The translations under genes were made by a program, and so were the position numbers. The notes below the pieces were generated by a model that had not been told where the DNA came from, searched no databases, and worked only from the letters and a program-made list of their open reading frames with translations. 64,000 bases of DNA, taken from the NCBI GenBank assembly GCA_030390025.1, contig CM059432.1:116996001-117060000 (forward strand), read 5' to 3'. Of the stretch, positions 36,132 through 49,019 are shown one piece after another (the stretch's first letter is position 1; every line of letters begins with the position of its first letter). Source of the DNA: Squalus acanthias. Lineage: Eukaryota.

Positions 36132-37590
36132 GGTAGCATGTTCAGCCATGAACGCATTGAATGGCGGTGCAGGCTCGAAGGACCGAATGGTCTACTCCTG
36201 CACCTATTTTCTATGTTTCTATGTTTCTAGCTGCCCTGGGTCTGTTGATGCAGTGCAGAGCCTATTGGTGGGAATGGATATATATCATCCCTGGCAGCCC
36301 TTCTGTGCTTCTGCTCGCCCCACTCCACTAAATCAAGTGACAGGAGAGCACTGCAAGCTAATCCCCATTGTCATGAACTTTCTGACTGCAAAAATCACAT
36401 TAACACTGCTGTACTTGCCTTCTGATTCCTGGCATGTGCGAACATGTCTGACCTCTAACACTTATTTTCCATGTAAAAGATTATTGCATTGCACATAAAA
36501 TGCACGAGGACAGCAATTTTGTGGGCTAGCTCATTATAAATGATGGACAGAAAGTCGTGGGGTGCACGTCAATATTGTCCTGATATGCACAGCGGCTCTG
36601 CCCTGAGAGCAAGTAAATTGTAAAATTTGCAGCGTGATTATAACATATGTAGGAAACAAATTTTATAAAATGTAGGAGAGGATTTTGAACTGGAGCATAG
36701 ATTAATATATGGGGTTATGTGTTTGTTAAAGTAACGAAAAGAGGAAGTTCATACAACTGTTTTCACACGTTTGTAATTAATATTAATGCGGTTTCAACTT
36801 CATGAAAAGGTGGATGGCACAAAAAAAAAATCAATTAAAAGAAGTGCAACTTTTAATGTAACTCTAATGACCTCCTCATCACAGCAATTAACAAAAGCTG
36901 AAGTAATTTTCTTCCTTCAGTTTCTTTGAGATATTTAAAGGCTTGATAGCCAGATCACCCTGATAGCTGCATAGCATACGTTATTAAACACAGTTAGCTA
37001 CTTTCAAATTAGCCAGTCCAGTGATTCAGAAAGCTGAGCTTTTCAAACCATTAGTATTTGAAAAGGTTGCACGATTTTCATGTATCTAGTCCATATTAAT
37101 GACTTCCTTTTAACACTGAGGAGAGACGTTTTAATCCTATAAATTCTGATTTTTCCCTGGTGTCAAATATTTGTTTTCTAATCTTTGCTAAATCCTTTGA
37201 ACAAAATAATTTCTTTTCATTTATTATGTGGCTCAGTGATATTGCTGCAAGCTTTCTGGCATGATATATATATATGCCTGTTTGTGTTGCCTTGATAAAT
37301 TGGGAACACTTATAAACACCATTTTGCAATGCACAGTATTTAGACAGCATTTTTGCTTGGTCCTCGGAGGCAGTGTTATAATGCTGGATCAATTGCGTAA
37401 CAAAATGGAAGTAAATAAATGTACAGAACGAGAGAGATTTATGTCAAAAAGTCATAGTGACGGCAATTGTAGTGGAACACCAAGTGGAGGTTAAAGTTAA
37501 CAATCGATACTCTCATTTCAATAATCTATAATGTATTTGGGGTAAATTATGTGAGTTAGTGCTGCCAATGTGGAGTCTTGTTCAATGTGG

Positions 37591-37986
37591 AAGAAAGAAA
37601 GAAAGATTTGCATTTATATAGCGCCTTTCACGACCACCGGACGTCCCAATGAAGTACTTTTTGAAGTGTAGTCTCTGTTGTAATGTCGGAAACGCGGCAG
37701 CCAATTTGCGCACGGCAAGCTCCCACAAACAGCAATGTGATAATGACCAGATAATCTGTTTTAGTGATGTTGATTGAGGGATAAATATTGGCCAGGACAC
37801 CAGGGATAACTCCCCTGCTCTTCTTTGAAATAGTGCCATGGGATCTTTTATGTCCACCTGAGAGACGGCACCTCCGACAGTGTAGCACTCCCTCAGCACT
37901 GCACGGGAGTGTCAGCCTAGATTATGTGCTCAAGTCCCTGGAGTGGACCCACAACCTCTGACTCAGAGGTGAGAGTGCTACCCACT
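37591..37986 (-). mobile_element. Deu-domain SINE whose head is split by the Tx1 element (remainder at 46649..46680)
   Basis: Reverse complement of the 31195 family, with a (TTTC)n tail. Confidence 0.85.
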
Positions 37987-38003
37987 TTATAAAATTATAT
38001 ATT

Positions 38004-38754
38004 GGGCCAGAAATTCGGCTCTTGTACACTGTGTACTCACCCGTAAGGCCACCTGAAGTGCCAGTTTCATGCATGCACTGCGCTTGCGTGGGAAACCGGA
38101 ACTACCGTTCCCCTGAAGGGATGGGTTCAGAAGTCGAACGCGTGCGCGGGAGAGGCTGCGCGCACGCAGCAAACTTCGTTTTTTTTTTCAGGTTTCTCCG
38201 GGAGGGTAAGTATGGAGAAGCTGCACTTTTAAAAAGGAGGCGCAAGGCCTGTTTTTAACAAGGTAAGTGGTTAATTAATTACAATTTAAACATTTTTTCA
38301 ACAGGTTTATCTTTTTTAGATACTTTAAAGAAAGGTAAGTTTATTTTTAAAGTTAAAAAGTATAATTAATTTTTTCAAAAATTTAAATTTTTGTTTAAAG
38401 TAGTTAATTTATGTAACTTATAGTTATTTTAAAAATGTGATGTTTTAAAAAAAATGTATTTGAAGTTTAAGTGTGGTTTTGGGGCCGATCTCTATTCATA
38501 GATTTGACAGGTCTTCCTGTCAAATCTATGAATGAAAATGCCCTGCTCCGATTGGCTCTCCATGGCCCACGTGATCCCAGGGGACGCTTTGAACTAACTG
38601 TGCCCCTGGGATACGCAAGCACTGCGCGCCGGCAGCTGCAGGAGGCCCAGGAGCCGAAGTCCTCATGGGCCTGAAGCACAACAGCAGGCGCGGTAGGTAA
38701 GTACACGCGCGATGCTTGCACCCGCAGGAAGCCGGAGAGCCGAATTTCTGGCCC
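38004..38754. mobile_element. Harbinger-type MITE in the Tx1 3' UTR
   Basis: Perfect 19-bp TIR GGGCCAGAAATTCGGCTCT, 3-bp TSD ATT, no ORF. Confidence 0.9.
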
Positions 38755-40680
38755 ATTTATTGACCATTAAAAACATTTAGAACATCGTGATCATTCCATT
38801 GTATCATACAAATCCAATCCACCACTCTGCACAGCCATTCCTCCAACACATATTAACATCAAAACCTGAAGTTTAATTTGTCTCCCATAACATATATTAA
38901 TCTATTGTACTTTAAAAATTGATCATAAAATACTATCTTTAAATTCCTTTCTGAATAAAACATCCACAGAGCCTTATAATGATCTTTTAGCTTATATTTA
39001 AAATACTCTTTTAGATTGATTCTCCTCCCCTTAAAACAGAGCAGTCCTTCTTTGCACAATCATGAATCTAGCCAAACTGAACATTAAATTAATTGCCGCT
39101 CCGCTAGACTCGGCAGACTCTCCTGCAATCTCCATCTCAAAATTGAGTCTCACGGGATTCCCATTCTCGCTCTTCGGTCCCCATCCAGCAAAAAAACCTC
39201 ACACAACTGTCAAACATAGTACTTAAAATCATTTAACTGCAGACATAACACCAGTAAATGGGACAGAGTCTTATCCCGTGTCCCACACACTGGGCAAGTT
39301 GCCCCCTCCACTCGCCAAATTTTACATAAGGCCGTCATGGTAAAAATCCGGTTATGAGCTAATTTGAAATCCATTTCAATCCACTCTGGGCATTTAAAAT
39401 TCGCCCACACTCCCTTCCAAATCCTGTTGAAGTCCAGCTGTGGGCATATACTCTGCCAAAACTCCTGACCAGCAGGTGTCTTGAAACTCCATTCTCTAAA
39501 TACCCCATAGAAATCTCGAGTATTACAATTGTCAAATTGGCCCAACTCTTCCCCTTTCTCCAGCAGAAAGCTTGGAAGAGCGGGACGCATTTCACTTCCT
39601 TTGGAGATTTGCACATTTATTTCTTCCATCCAATCCTATGGCATTGCCCTCACAATCTTCTCATACATGATCATAATTGCTTTTTCCTCTACCTCCTGAT
39701 CCTCCTCCCATACCAAGTCCCTCACTACCGCTTCCGGCAACCAGCCTGGAATTACCTCATATAATACATCCTTCACACATATAATACCAGCTTTTATAAA
39801 AGTTTGATTAAATAATACCTCTCCTTCAATGTTGATCCACTTGCTCAAAAATAAGGGCTGTTCTAAAAATTCCTCAGCACCCTTGGGCATAAACTGCACA
39901 CTTTTTAAAAATTGGGCCCAAGTCTCTACAACCCCCTTATAAGACCTAGAGAGAGGTTTAATCGATTACAAAAACATATTATTGTATTCCATATACAATA
40001 TCCCCTGCCCTCCTATCCCACTTCGTTTTAAAAAATGCTCAAAACAACTCTTCCAAAAACTTGTATTTGACTTCTGAAGAAATCTCTTCATCCATTTGAT
40101 TCTAAAGGATTTTTTCTTCAAATCAATTTCTGGGAAATTGAGTCCTCCCTGATTTCTCCGTCCAATGATGGTATTGTAAGCAACCAAGGCTGATTTCCCT
40201 TCCCATAAAACCTCACACAAGCCTCGGATGAACTTTTCCACCCACTCAGGAATATCCTCCACCGTCAATAAGTACCATAGCTTAGATAGCAGGAGAGCGG
40301 ACACACCTTGCGCTTTCAACCTTCTTCTTTCCCAGCTTCCCAAAATCTTTTTAATTTTCATAATCTTCAGTTCCCAATTTAATTGATCCACTTCATCCCT
40401 GTCCTTCTTGCACCCCCAGAACTTCCAAAACCTCCACCACCTTAAAGGGGCTATCCTCCAACCATTCCCCCCTACCCCTTCCCGCAACCAGGCATTGGGA
40501 CTTACTATAATTCACTCTGGCTCCTGAAGCTCTACAATACTCCTCCACTACTCCCATAGCTTTCCTCACTGACTCCCCATTTCTCAATGTTAAGGTTGTG
40601 TCATCTGCATATTGGTGTATCACTGACACCCGCCCGGAACTGGGAACCGCAATCCCGACTACGCCTTGTTCCTTTCGCAT

Positions 40681-42018
40681 TGTAAGGGGTTTCGGTTCGT
40701 AGGTGCTTGTGCGGGGTTAGGCCTTCGTTGCCTAATACTATTGCTTGCTCTGGTCTCCGGCCAGCCTTGTTGCAATAAGCACCTGTGAGTGATTCGACCC
40801 ACTCGCCCTTACGGTTCTAACACTGGACTTAGGTGCGAGAGCAGTAATGCAGAGAAAAACTCAAATAGACCCGGTTGAATAGTACGAAATGGAAATCTTT
40901 ATTGCATAACGTCCAAAATCATGAAGTACATGTCATAGGCACAAATTAATGACAGTACAAGTATACATACATTCATAAAACTTGGTCTAGGGTAATGAGG
41001 AACGCACGGCACATCGTAAAAAGGGGAACACATTATATTTATCCTTAATAAAAACCACCCTCCCCTATCAATACCTACACTAATCTAGATTTGTAGGGTC
41101 GGGAAACATGCTCACCACTCGTGATACTTCGGAGAATTTTAAACTAAGGCACTCGGCTTGTTTTGCTGCAACACCTGACTGTCACGTGTTGGAAGGGGTC
41201 TCTGTACCCCACTTGTTTATCTTCTCTGCTCCGGCAAGCAGGCTGGGCTCCCCGTTGTCATGAAGAACTCGACAGTGCTCGGACACGGTTGTAGAAGTCC
41301 AGAGAGACATTCAAAAGCTCACCAGTCAAGCGAGTCCATGAAGTGGCAAGCGAATAAGAGTTCAGCAGTCATCAGCCAGATAAGAGACATAAGCAAGAGT
41401 TCAGCCCGAGTCAAGAGTCGAATCAAGAGACCGATGGACATTTGTTCACTATAGTTATAGTGCTGTGTTCCCTTATCTCCCGCTCAAATCTTAATGTTTG
41501 TCCTTTGTGTAATACTGGTGCACAAAAACTCCCAGCATGGGCCGATTCTTTCCTTTAATGGGTATTGGTAGCACCTGAAACTGGCCAACTATCCGTTAAT
41601 GTTTTCCCCATTGTCGAACCGGCTAGGAGTCTCCCTGACTGGTTTTGGGGCCTCCTCGAATACTGATATGTGTATTGCTGTGTCTGGATGGGCCTTCGAT
41701 TGCCCAGTACAATGGTCCTTACTTGTGCATGGAAAACGATTCCAGCACTTATATCTTTGCTATTGTCACAAATGCAAACAGGTTGCATCCTGTCTTTATC
41801 AATGTTTGCCGAGTATTATCCAATCTTATACTGAAATGTTTATTCGAACGCCATCTTGTCTGCCCACTGTATTCTGGAAGCTTCTGCCACGATGCTCGGC
41901 GGCCATTTTACAGGCTTCTGTGTCCTTTATATCATGACAGCATTTCGTTTAAATAAACTGATCAAACGAATCTGCTTCTATCTTGTTATTTCGAATCGCG
42001 ATAATTGCAAATTTTACA
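40681..42018 (-). mobile_element. Solo LTR (1338 bp) inserted in the Tx1 RT
   Basis: TGTAA...TTACA termini and a 4-bp TSD GCAT. Removing it restores LAEPLGYMMRKEQG. Orientation is inferred only from a minus-strand AATAAA near 40900. Confidence 0.85.
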
Positions 42019-43929
42019 GCATCATGTAACCTAATGGTTCTGCTAACAATGTGTACAACAATGGGGACAGGGGACAACCCTGTCTCACTGACCTCTATAT
42101 CGGAAAATACTTGGATAAAAAACCATTACATTTAACACAGCTAAATATGTTTGAATAAAAAATCCTTATCCACTCAATGACATTTTTCCTGAAACCAAAT
42201 GCTTCCAAAACCATCAATAAAAACTCATGAGAGAACCTATCAAAGGCTTCCTCTTAATCTATCTTTAACACATAAGCCTCCCTCCCACTCTCTTCCATGA
42301 GCTTTATTGCATCTCGGATTGAGACCACAGAGTCTGCGATGTCCCAGCCTATGACTCCATAGGACTGAGAGGGCAAAACTACCTGCGGCATCACCTCCTT
42401 CATACGATTTGCCATAACCCTCGCCAAGATCTTATAATCCACATTTAATAATGTGATGGACCTCCAATTCTTTAGATCCCTTCTATCCCCTTTATTTTTA
42501 TAAGCTAAGCTTATGATACCTCTCCTCATAGATGAGGCCAGGTTTCCCTCAATTTTAATCTCCTTAAAAACCTCTAAGAGCAATGAATTAAAATCTCTAA
42601 AAAATCTTTATAAAATTCTGCACTTAGTCCACTGAGCTTTTCCTCCCCTTCATTCCACTTATTGCTACTTTTATTTCCGCTAATCCTACTTCTTTGTCAT
42701 ACATTGTTTCTCTCATCCTGCTTTAAAACCTCTTCAATAAAAGCACTAACCTTCTTCATCGCCAATTTGGAAATGTCTTTTTTTGTATGTAACTCTTGAT
42801 AAAAGCTACTAGGCGCCTCCAAAATCTCCCCACTTTCATTAATGATCTTCTCCCCAACCTTCAACTCTCCAACTAATGATAATCTCTGTCGCAGCTTCTC
42901 TTGCTCTAGAAAATATCTAGTGCATCTTTCTCCCTCCAATGCATCTTTAGCCTTTGCCAGGAGAATGGCTCCCTTGCATTTTTCAGCTTGCAATAATTCC
43001 CACTCTTCCATTAAAACCACCCAGTTGGTCTCAGCTCCCTTATCCCCTCCATCAACTGTTTTACAGATATCCGTAAAGCTTCTGTTTATATTCTCTTCTC
43101 GATGCCGGTTAGCTGCTGCTCTCTCTTTCCCATAACGCACCGAAAAAACTTTTACCTCATATTTGAAATTGTCCCACCAAACTCTTCTTTCTTTCAAGAA
43201 TAAAGGTTCCTTCCGAGCATTCTTTATTATATTTAAAATCCCCTTTTTGTAAGTAATTTCCTTCAGGTATTGATTGTTTAAAATCCATACCCCTGGACCG
43301 ATCTTAACTCTGCTGTTCCTAATTCTAAGAACCAAAGCCAAGTGGTCACTAAAAAATACTTTTTTGTAATAAATCTCCATCACTTCAGAACTTAACCCTT
43401 CCCGCGTTAACACAAAATCTATTCGGCTCCGTTTTAAAACATAACCCACCAAACTCTTCTGGAGAACTCTCTTTTTATGGGGTTCCAATCCCTCCATAAT
43501 TCTCTCAATTTTAAATTTGCCATCATTTTTACAATCATCCCTCTGGAGTTATCATCCTTAAAGGTCATCTGGGCTGAAATGTCCATCCGAGATAAAAATA
43601 CATTAAAATCCCCCACTATACAAGGGTTTTCCGCTTCTGCCACTTCAGTGAATAACCATCGAAAAAACTCGCGAAGCTTGCAATGGTCGTTCGGTGCATG
43701 GATATTAAAGAGATCGCAATTAAATGCCTCCATTTTTACCTTTAGCCATAAAAATCTCCCCTCAGTGTCCTTGTCCACCAAGGCAACATTCTCTTTTATG
43801 GACGGACTCACCAAACCAGCCACCCCTCTACGGTTATTGTTTGCACAACTGGCAAACACCTCTCCCTTCCAAACCTTCCGAATTCTTTCTAGGATATCCT
43901 CATCCTAAAATATTTCTTGCAGACACAAT

Positions 43930-44716
43930 GGGCAGAATTTTCATTGACCCATGGAGGCGGGTTTGGAGGCGTGTGGGGTGGGAAAATAGCAGATTCGGGG
44001 GTCCCGAACCCATCCCGCCCACAACCCGCCTCCATGCCAGTTTCACAGGAGGCGGGTACCCGACCTGTGCTGGGATCTGCCTCCCTGAGGCGGGAAGGGG
44101 ACTAGTGCCAATAAACTGCCTGTTAACAGGCAGTTTTTTGCCTAATCCCTATTTTTAGCCCTGAAGTGTGGGCTTCCCGACAGGTCTGAACCACGCCGAT
44201 TTAGCGAGGCGGACCGTGGGTCTGCAGGGGTTGGAGGGGTCGATATGTCCGGTGGGCAGGTGAGTGATGGGTGCAGAGGTAAGTGTGTAAGGTAAGTGTA
44301 AAGTGTGGAAAAAAGTTTTACTTACCTTAACTTCCTCCTGCAGGTGTCAGCCCTTCAGGTCTCGGGAGTCAGAAATCTCACCGGTACAGAAAGCAGAATG
44401 GCCGTTGAACTGTCAAAAGCTGCAGCCTCTGCTTTTTGTTCTGCAGAGATCTCTAAATCAGCCTGAGAGGAAGGAATTAACTTAGAGGACAGATTGTCAG
44501 TGTTTGACAGCTTCAAGGAGCTGTCAAACGCTGATATTTCATCTGTCAAAAGCTCTTGACAGATGAAATGTCAATCTGTGACGTCACCTGGGCGGGCTCA
44601 ACAAGGTCAATCAAGGGAAAATCGAGTGGGTTGGCCACAAGTCGATGGAGGCGGGACTACAACCCCAAAAGTGGGAGTCCCGCCTCCTGCTCGCCTCCAT
44701 TGATAAAATCCAGCCC
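43930..44716. mobile_element. Harbinger-type MITE in the Tx1 endonuclease
   Basis: Imperfect TIRs GGGCAGAATTTT / GGGCTGGATTTT, TSD AAT/TAT. Removing it restores GTDLLCLQE. Confidence 0.82.
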
Positions 44717-46894
44717 TATAAGTCAGTGCCTTTAAAATACGGCTCCAACTGCTGCAATTTCATCTCACCCTTCAGTCCGTTCACATTAATCGAGACCAAT
44801 GTAATCATGGCTCCGAATAAGGGAAGCGTGCCTGATTATCCCTCCATCATTTAATCTCCAGCCCTTCCTTCCTCTCATGTTCCTTCCCAACTTTTCGGGC
44901 AGCTGTTGCTTTCTCCTGCAGCCTCCAGCTCTTTTTCACCTCCTGTTTGAACCTTCCCTGCAGTTTCAGCCTTTTCCTTACATTAGGTTTGGGCTGAGGA
45001 GCTGCCCCTTCTCCCTCCTTCTGCCCCTCACTAACCTTTCCCTTTCCACACGATGCCACCCCATCCCCCCACTTCCATGTCTCTGTCCCCCTCTGACTCC
45101 TCACTCTCGAGTTCTTCTGTAACCTCCCGTCCCTGCTCCCCGTCAGATACATAATCTCCCTGAGAGAGTCTTCCTCCTATCACGGCTTCTCCAACAGTGC
45201 CACTCCCTTCGGCCTCATCTCCACTGCTGACCCTTTCTCCCCGTTTCTTCGCTCTCTGGGACAATGGCACATCTGCACCTATCTTGCTCACTTCTGGCCT
45301 CTTTGTCTCCCTGCTCCCGTCCTGCTGCCCCTTTAAGGCTCCTGCCTCTTGCACCCTCTCCTTGTCTTGCCCCCTCCTGCTCCCCACGATGTCTGACTCC
45401 CCGTTTTTCTTTGGAGTACTTACACTTACCCCGCACCCTGCTCCCGCCTCCTCTCCCCCCGCGGACACCAGATTCTTTAGGGAGAGCTGAGCCGTATTAT
45501 GGCTCCACTCTGCCCTCGACCCGTGCTGCCCTCTGCTGTCTTTGTCTTTTTCCACTGTACTTGGTGTGTTTTCCACCATCTCCATCCTATTCTCTGCTCC
45601 GCAATTTTCCGTCTCTTCCTGCGCTCTTTTCTCCTTCCATTCACCAGCTGTGTCCTCCGCCTGCTCCGCTCCTCCGGCCACTTCACTCACACCTCTGCTC
45701 CTTCTCCCATCCCCTCGTCACTCAAGGGGCTTCCTTCTGCCTCACACTCACAGCGGGTGGGGTCTTTGTGACGCACCCCACAGCTCGCTGCCTTGCAGTT
45801 CCGAACGATGTGTCCAGACTTGCCGCAGTTATAAAAGTACAAGTCTGGACAGCTTCTTACAAGATGGTCGTGCCCAAGACAATAATAACAAACCTTCACC
45901 TGGTTATCATGCCGCACCTGGAAGTACTGCACTCCTTCCATTGTCTCAAATTTCATGTTATATGGCAATGACTTCACCCCCCTCTGGGAACTGCACCTCT
46001 ACATAATGGGTTCCATCCGCAACCCGATTTCCTGGATAGTATCTCCTCTTTATTGCCGAGTAAATTTTAATGTCCCACGACTCCAACTTTTTTATTAACA
46101 CCTCGTCCTCAATATAAACTGGCAGGTTTAAGAATGAGACCAACACCTCTTCAGAATATAGCAGCGATACCTCCAAGAACTTATCTCCAACCTTCATACT
46201 CAGTAAAAGTCTTTCCACCTCCTCTCGGCCACTGATCATCACCTCGAACCCAATGTTTGGCTTTGGTCGGCAGGCAAAGCAGCTTCCCTCACCACAGTCC
46301 TCATGTTCCGCCTGGATAATATCCCAAGCTCGTATCTCCTTATCCTCGAACTGAACCACCACCGTGTTTTCTTTTCCAAACCTCCTGGGGTCCCGGCCCA
46401 AATCTTTGGGCCTTTTTTTCTCTCTTCCCCCAACATTTTCTCCCCTGATTAAATTCATCTTGGGAACATTGTCCTCTGAGGGGCTCGGCACTCCAGGCCC
46501 CTCAGCAGCCATCTGGCTGCTGTTTAAGGACCAAAAAGGCCCTAAAACCTGAAAAAAAACCACCACCAACTTTTTACAAACTCACTCCAACTCCCTGCAG
46601 TAATCAAGCACCCAGCAGCAGCTGCTCACTCCTAGCCACTCCCACCTAGAGAGTGCTACCCACTGAGCCACAGCTGACAGGTGAAGGCTAGATAAGCAGA
46701 TGAGGGAGAAGGGAAGTGAAGACACATCACGGAGCACGGAGCTCAGCACGTGTGATTACTAATTCCGGTTATTTATTTTAATGACTGGAAAATCGGAAAT
46801 GCCATGAATTGGGGTGCTGACCTCCACACCAAAATCAAGCAAGCCTCTGCGCTTGGCATGGTGTGTCACAGACTCTACCCTGTAGTGTCCAATA

Positions 46895-48137
46895 TTACAT
46901 TGGATTACACAGGATATACAGCACAGAAACAGGCCATTCAGTCCAACCAGTCCATACCGGCATTTATGCTCCATGCGAGCCTCCTCCCGTCTTTCCTCAT
47001 CTAAATCTATCAGCATAACCCTCTATTCCCTTCTCCCTCATCTGCTTGTCCAGCCTCCCCTTAAATGCATCTATACTATTCGCTTCAACCACTCCCTGTG
47101 ATAGTGAGTTCCACATTCTCACTACTCTCTGGGTAAAGAAGTTTCTTCTGAATTCCCTGTTTGATTTCTTGGTGACTATCTTATATTGATGACCTCTCGT
47201 TTTGCTCTTCCCCACAAGTGGAAACATCTCTCTGTATCTACTCTATCAAAACCTTTCATAATTTTAAAGACCTCTATTAGGTTAGTCTTCAGCTTTCTCT
47301 TTGCAAGAGAAAAGAGACTCAGCTTGTTCATCCTTTCCTAGACGCATAATGGCACAGAAGGAGGCCGTTCGGCCCATCGAGTCCGTGCCGGCTCTCTGTA
47401 GAGCATTCCAGTCTGTCCCATTCCCCCGCTCTATCCCCGTAGCCCTGCAAGTTTATTTCTCTCAAATGCCTATCCAGTCTCCGCTTTCACCACTTCCGTC
47501 GGCAGCGAGTTCCAGGTCATCACCACTCGCTGCGTAAAAAAGTTTTTCCTCACGTCCCCACTGTATCTCTTGCCCAAAACCTTAAGTCTGGGTTCCCTAG
47601 TCCTTGTACCATCAACTAGTGGGAACAGCCTTTCCCCGTCTAGCCTATCCAAACCCGTCATAATCTTGTACATCTCTATCAAATCACCCATCCACCTCCT
47701 TTGCTCTAATGAAAATAAATCCAGTTGCTCCAACCTGCCCTTGTAGCTAAGATCTCCCATCCCCGGAACCATTCTGGTAAATCTCCTCTGCACCCTCTCA
47801 AGGACCTTCACATCCTTCCTAAAGTGTGGTGACCAGAACTGGATGCAATACTCCAGTTGTGGCCTAACCAGCACTTTATAAAGGTTCATTATAACTTCTC
47901 TACTTTTGTACTCAATACGTCTATTTATGAATGATGCGGAGATGCCGGTGTTGGACTGGGGTGGACAAAAGTGAGAAGTCGCACAACACCAGGTTATAGT
48001 CCAACAGCTTTATTTGAAATCACAAGCTTTCGGAGCGCTGCTCCTTCGTCACCTGAAGCTTGTGATTTCAAATAAAGTTGTTGGACTATAACCTGGTGTT
48101 GTGCGACTTCTCTATTTATGAAGCCCAAGATCCCATG
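46895..48137 (-). mobile_element. Two stacked CR1 3' fragments
   Basis: FFTQRVVRMWNSL (46997..47227) and LVRPQLEYC...FFTQRVV (47470..47889); the second is interrupted at 47932. Confidence 0.88.
47932..48110 (-). mobile_element. Short foldback Penelope-type insertion with degenerate hammerhead
   Basis: ~57-bp inverted arms (47973-48029 and 48056-48112); GTGACGA AGGAGC AGC GCTCC GAAAGCTT on minus; TSD (T)CTATTTATGAA. Confidence 0.75.
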
Positions 48138-49019
48138 TAAGAACATAAGAACACAAGAAATAGGAGCAGGAATAGGCCACTTGGCCCCTTGAGCCTGTTC
48201 CGCCATTCAATAAGATCATGGCTGATTTTGGGCTCAAAGCCACTTCCCTGCCCGCTCCCCATAACCCTTCACTCCCTTATCTTGCAAAAATCTGTCTATC
48301 TCCACCTTAAATGTATTTAATGAGCCAGCCTCCACGACTCTCTGGGGCAGAGAATTCCACAGATTTACGACCCTCTGAGAGAAAAATTCCTCCTCATCTT
48401 AGTTCTAAAAGGTCGACACTTTATTCTGAAACTATGCCCGCGAGTTCTAGATTTCCCCACGAGGGGAAACATCCTCTCTGCATCTACCTTGTCGAGCCCC
48501 CTCAGTATCTTATATGTTTCAATAAGATCACCTCTCATTCTTCTAAATTCCAATGAGTATAGGTCCAGCCTGCTCAACCTTTCTTCATAAGTCAACCCCC
48601 TCATCTCAGGAATCAACTGAGTGAATCGTCTCTGAACTGCCTCCAATGCAAGTATATCCTTCCTTAAATAAGGAGACCAACAGTATGCAGTACTCAAGGT
48701 GTGGTCTCATCAATACCCTGTACAGTTGTAGCAGGACTTCCCTGCTTTTATACTCCAACCCCCTTGCAATAAAGGCCAACATTCCATTTGCCTTTTTGAT
48801 TACTTGCTGTACCTGCATGCTAACTTTTGTGTTTCATGCACAAGGACCCCCAGGTCCCTCGGAACTGTAGCATTTTGTAATCTCTCTCCATTTAAATAAT
48901 AATTTGCTTTTTTATTTTTCCTGCCAAAGTGGATAACCTTGCACTTACTCATATTATACTCCATCTGCCAAATGTTTGCCCACTCACTTAGCCTGTCTAT
49001 ATCCCTTTGCAGATTCTTT

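Larger units (their letters stand above)
31793..36227 (+). mobile_element. Near-full-length CR1 LINE
   Basis: ORF1, ORF2 and a (CTATGTTT)n tail; candidate TSD TAGCTG at 31787 and 36228. Confidence 0.93.
37987..46648 (-). mobile_element. Full-length decayed Tx1/L1-clade non-LTR retrotransposon
   Basis: 16-bp TSD GAGAGTGCTACCCACT (37971-37986 and 46649-46664). ORF1 (~46510-45031) has two CCHC-like knuckles. ORF2 (~44810-38860) has APE motifs (VGDFN, SRIDF, FSDH), RT motifs (QGCPLSP, QYADD) and a C-terminal CPVC...H...C. Confidence 0.92.
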
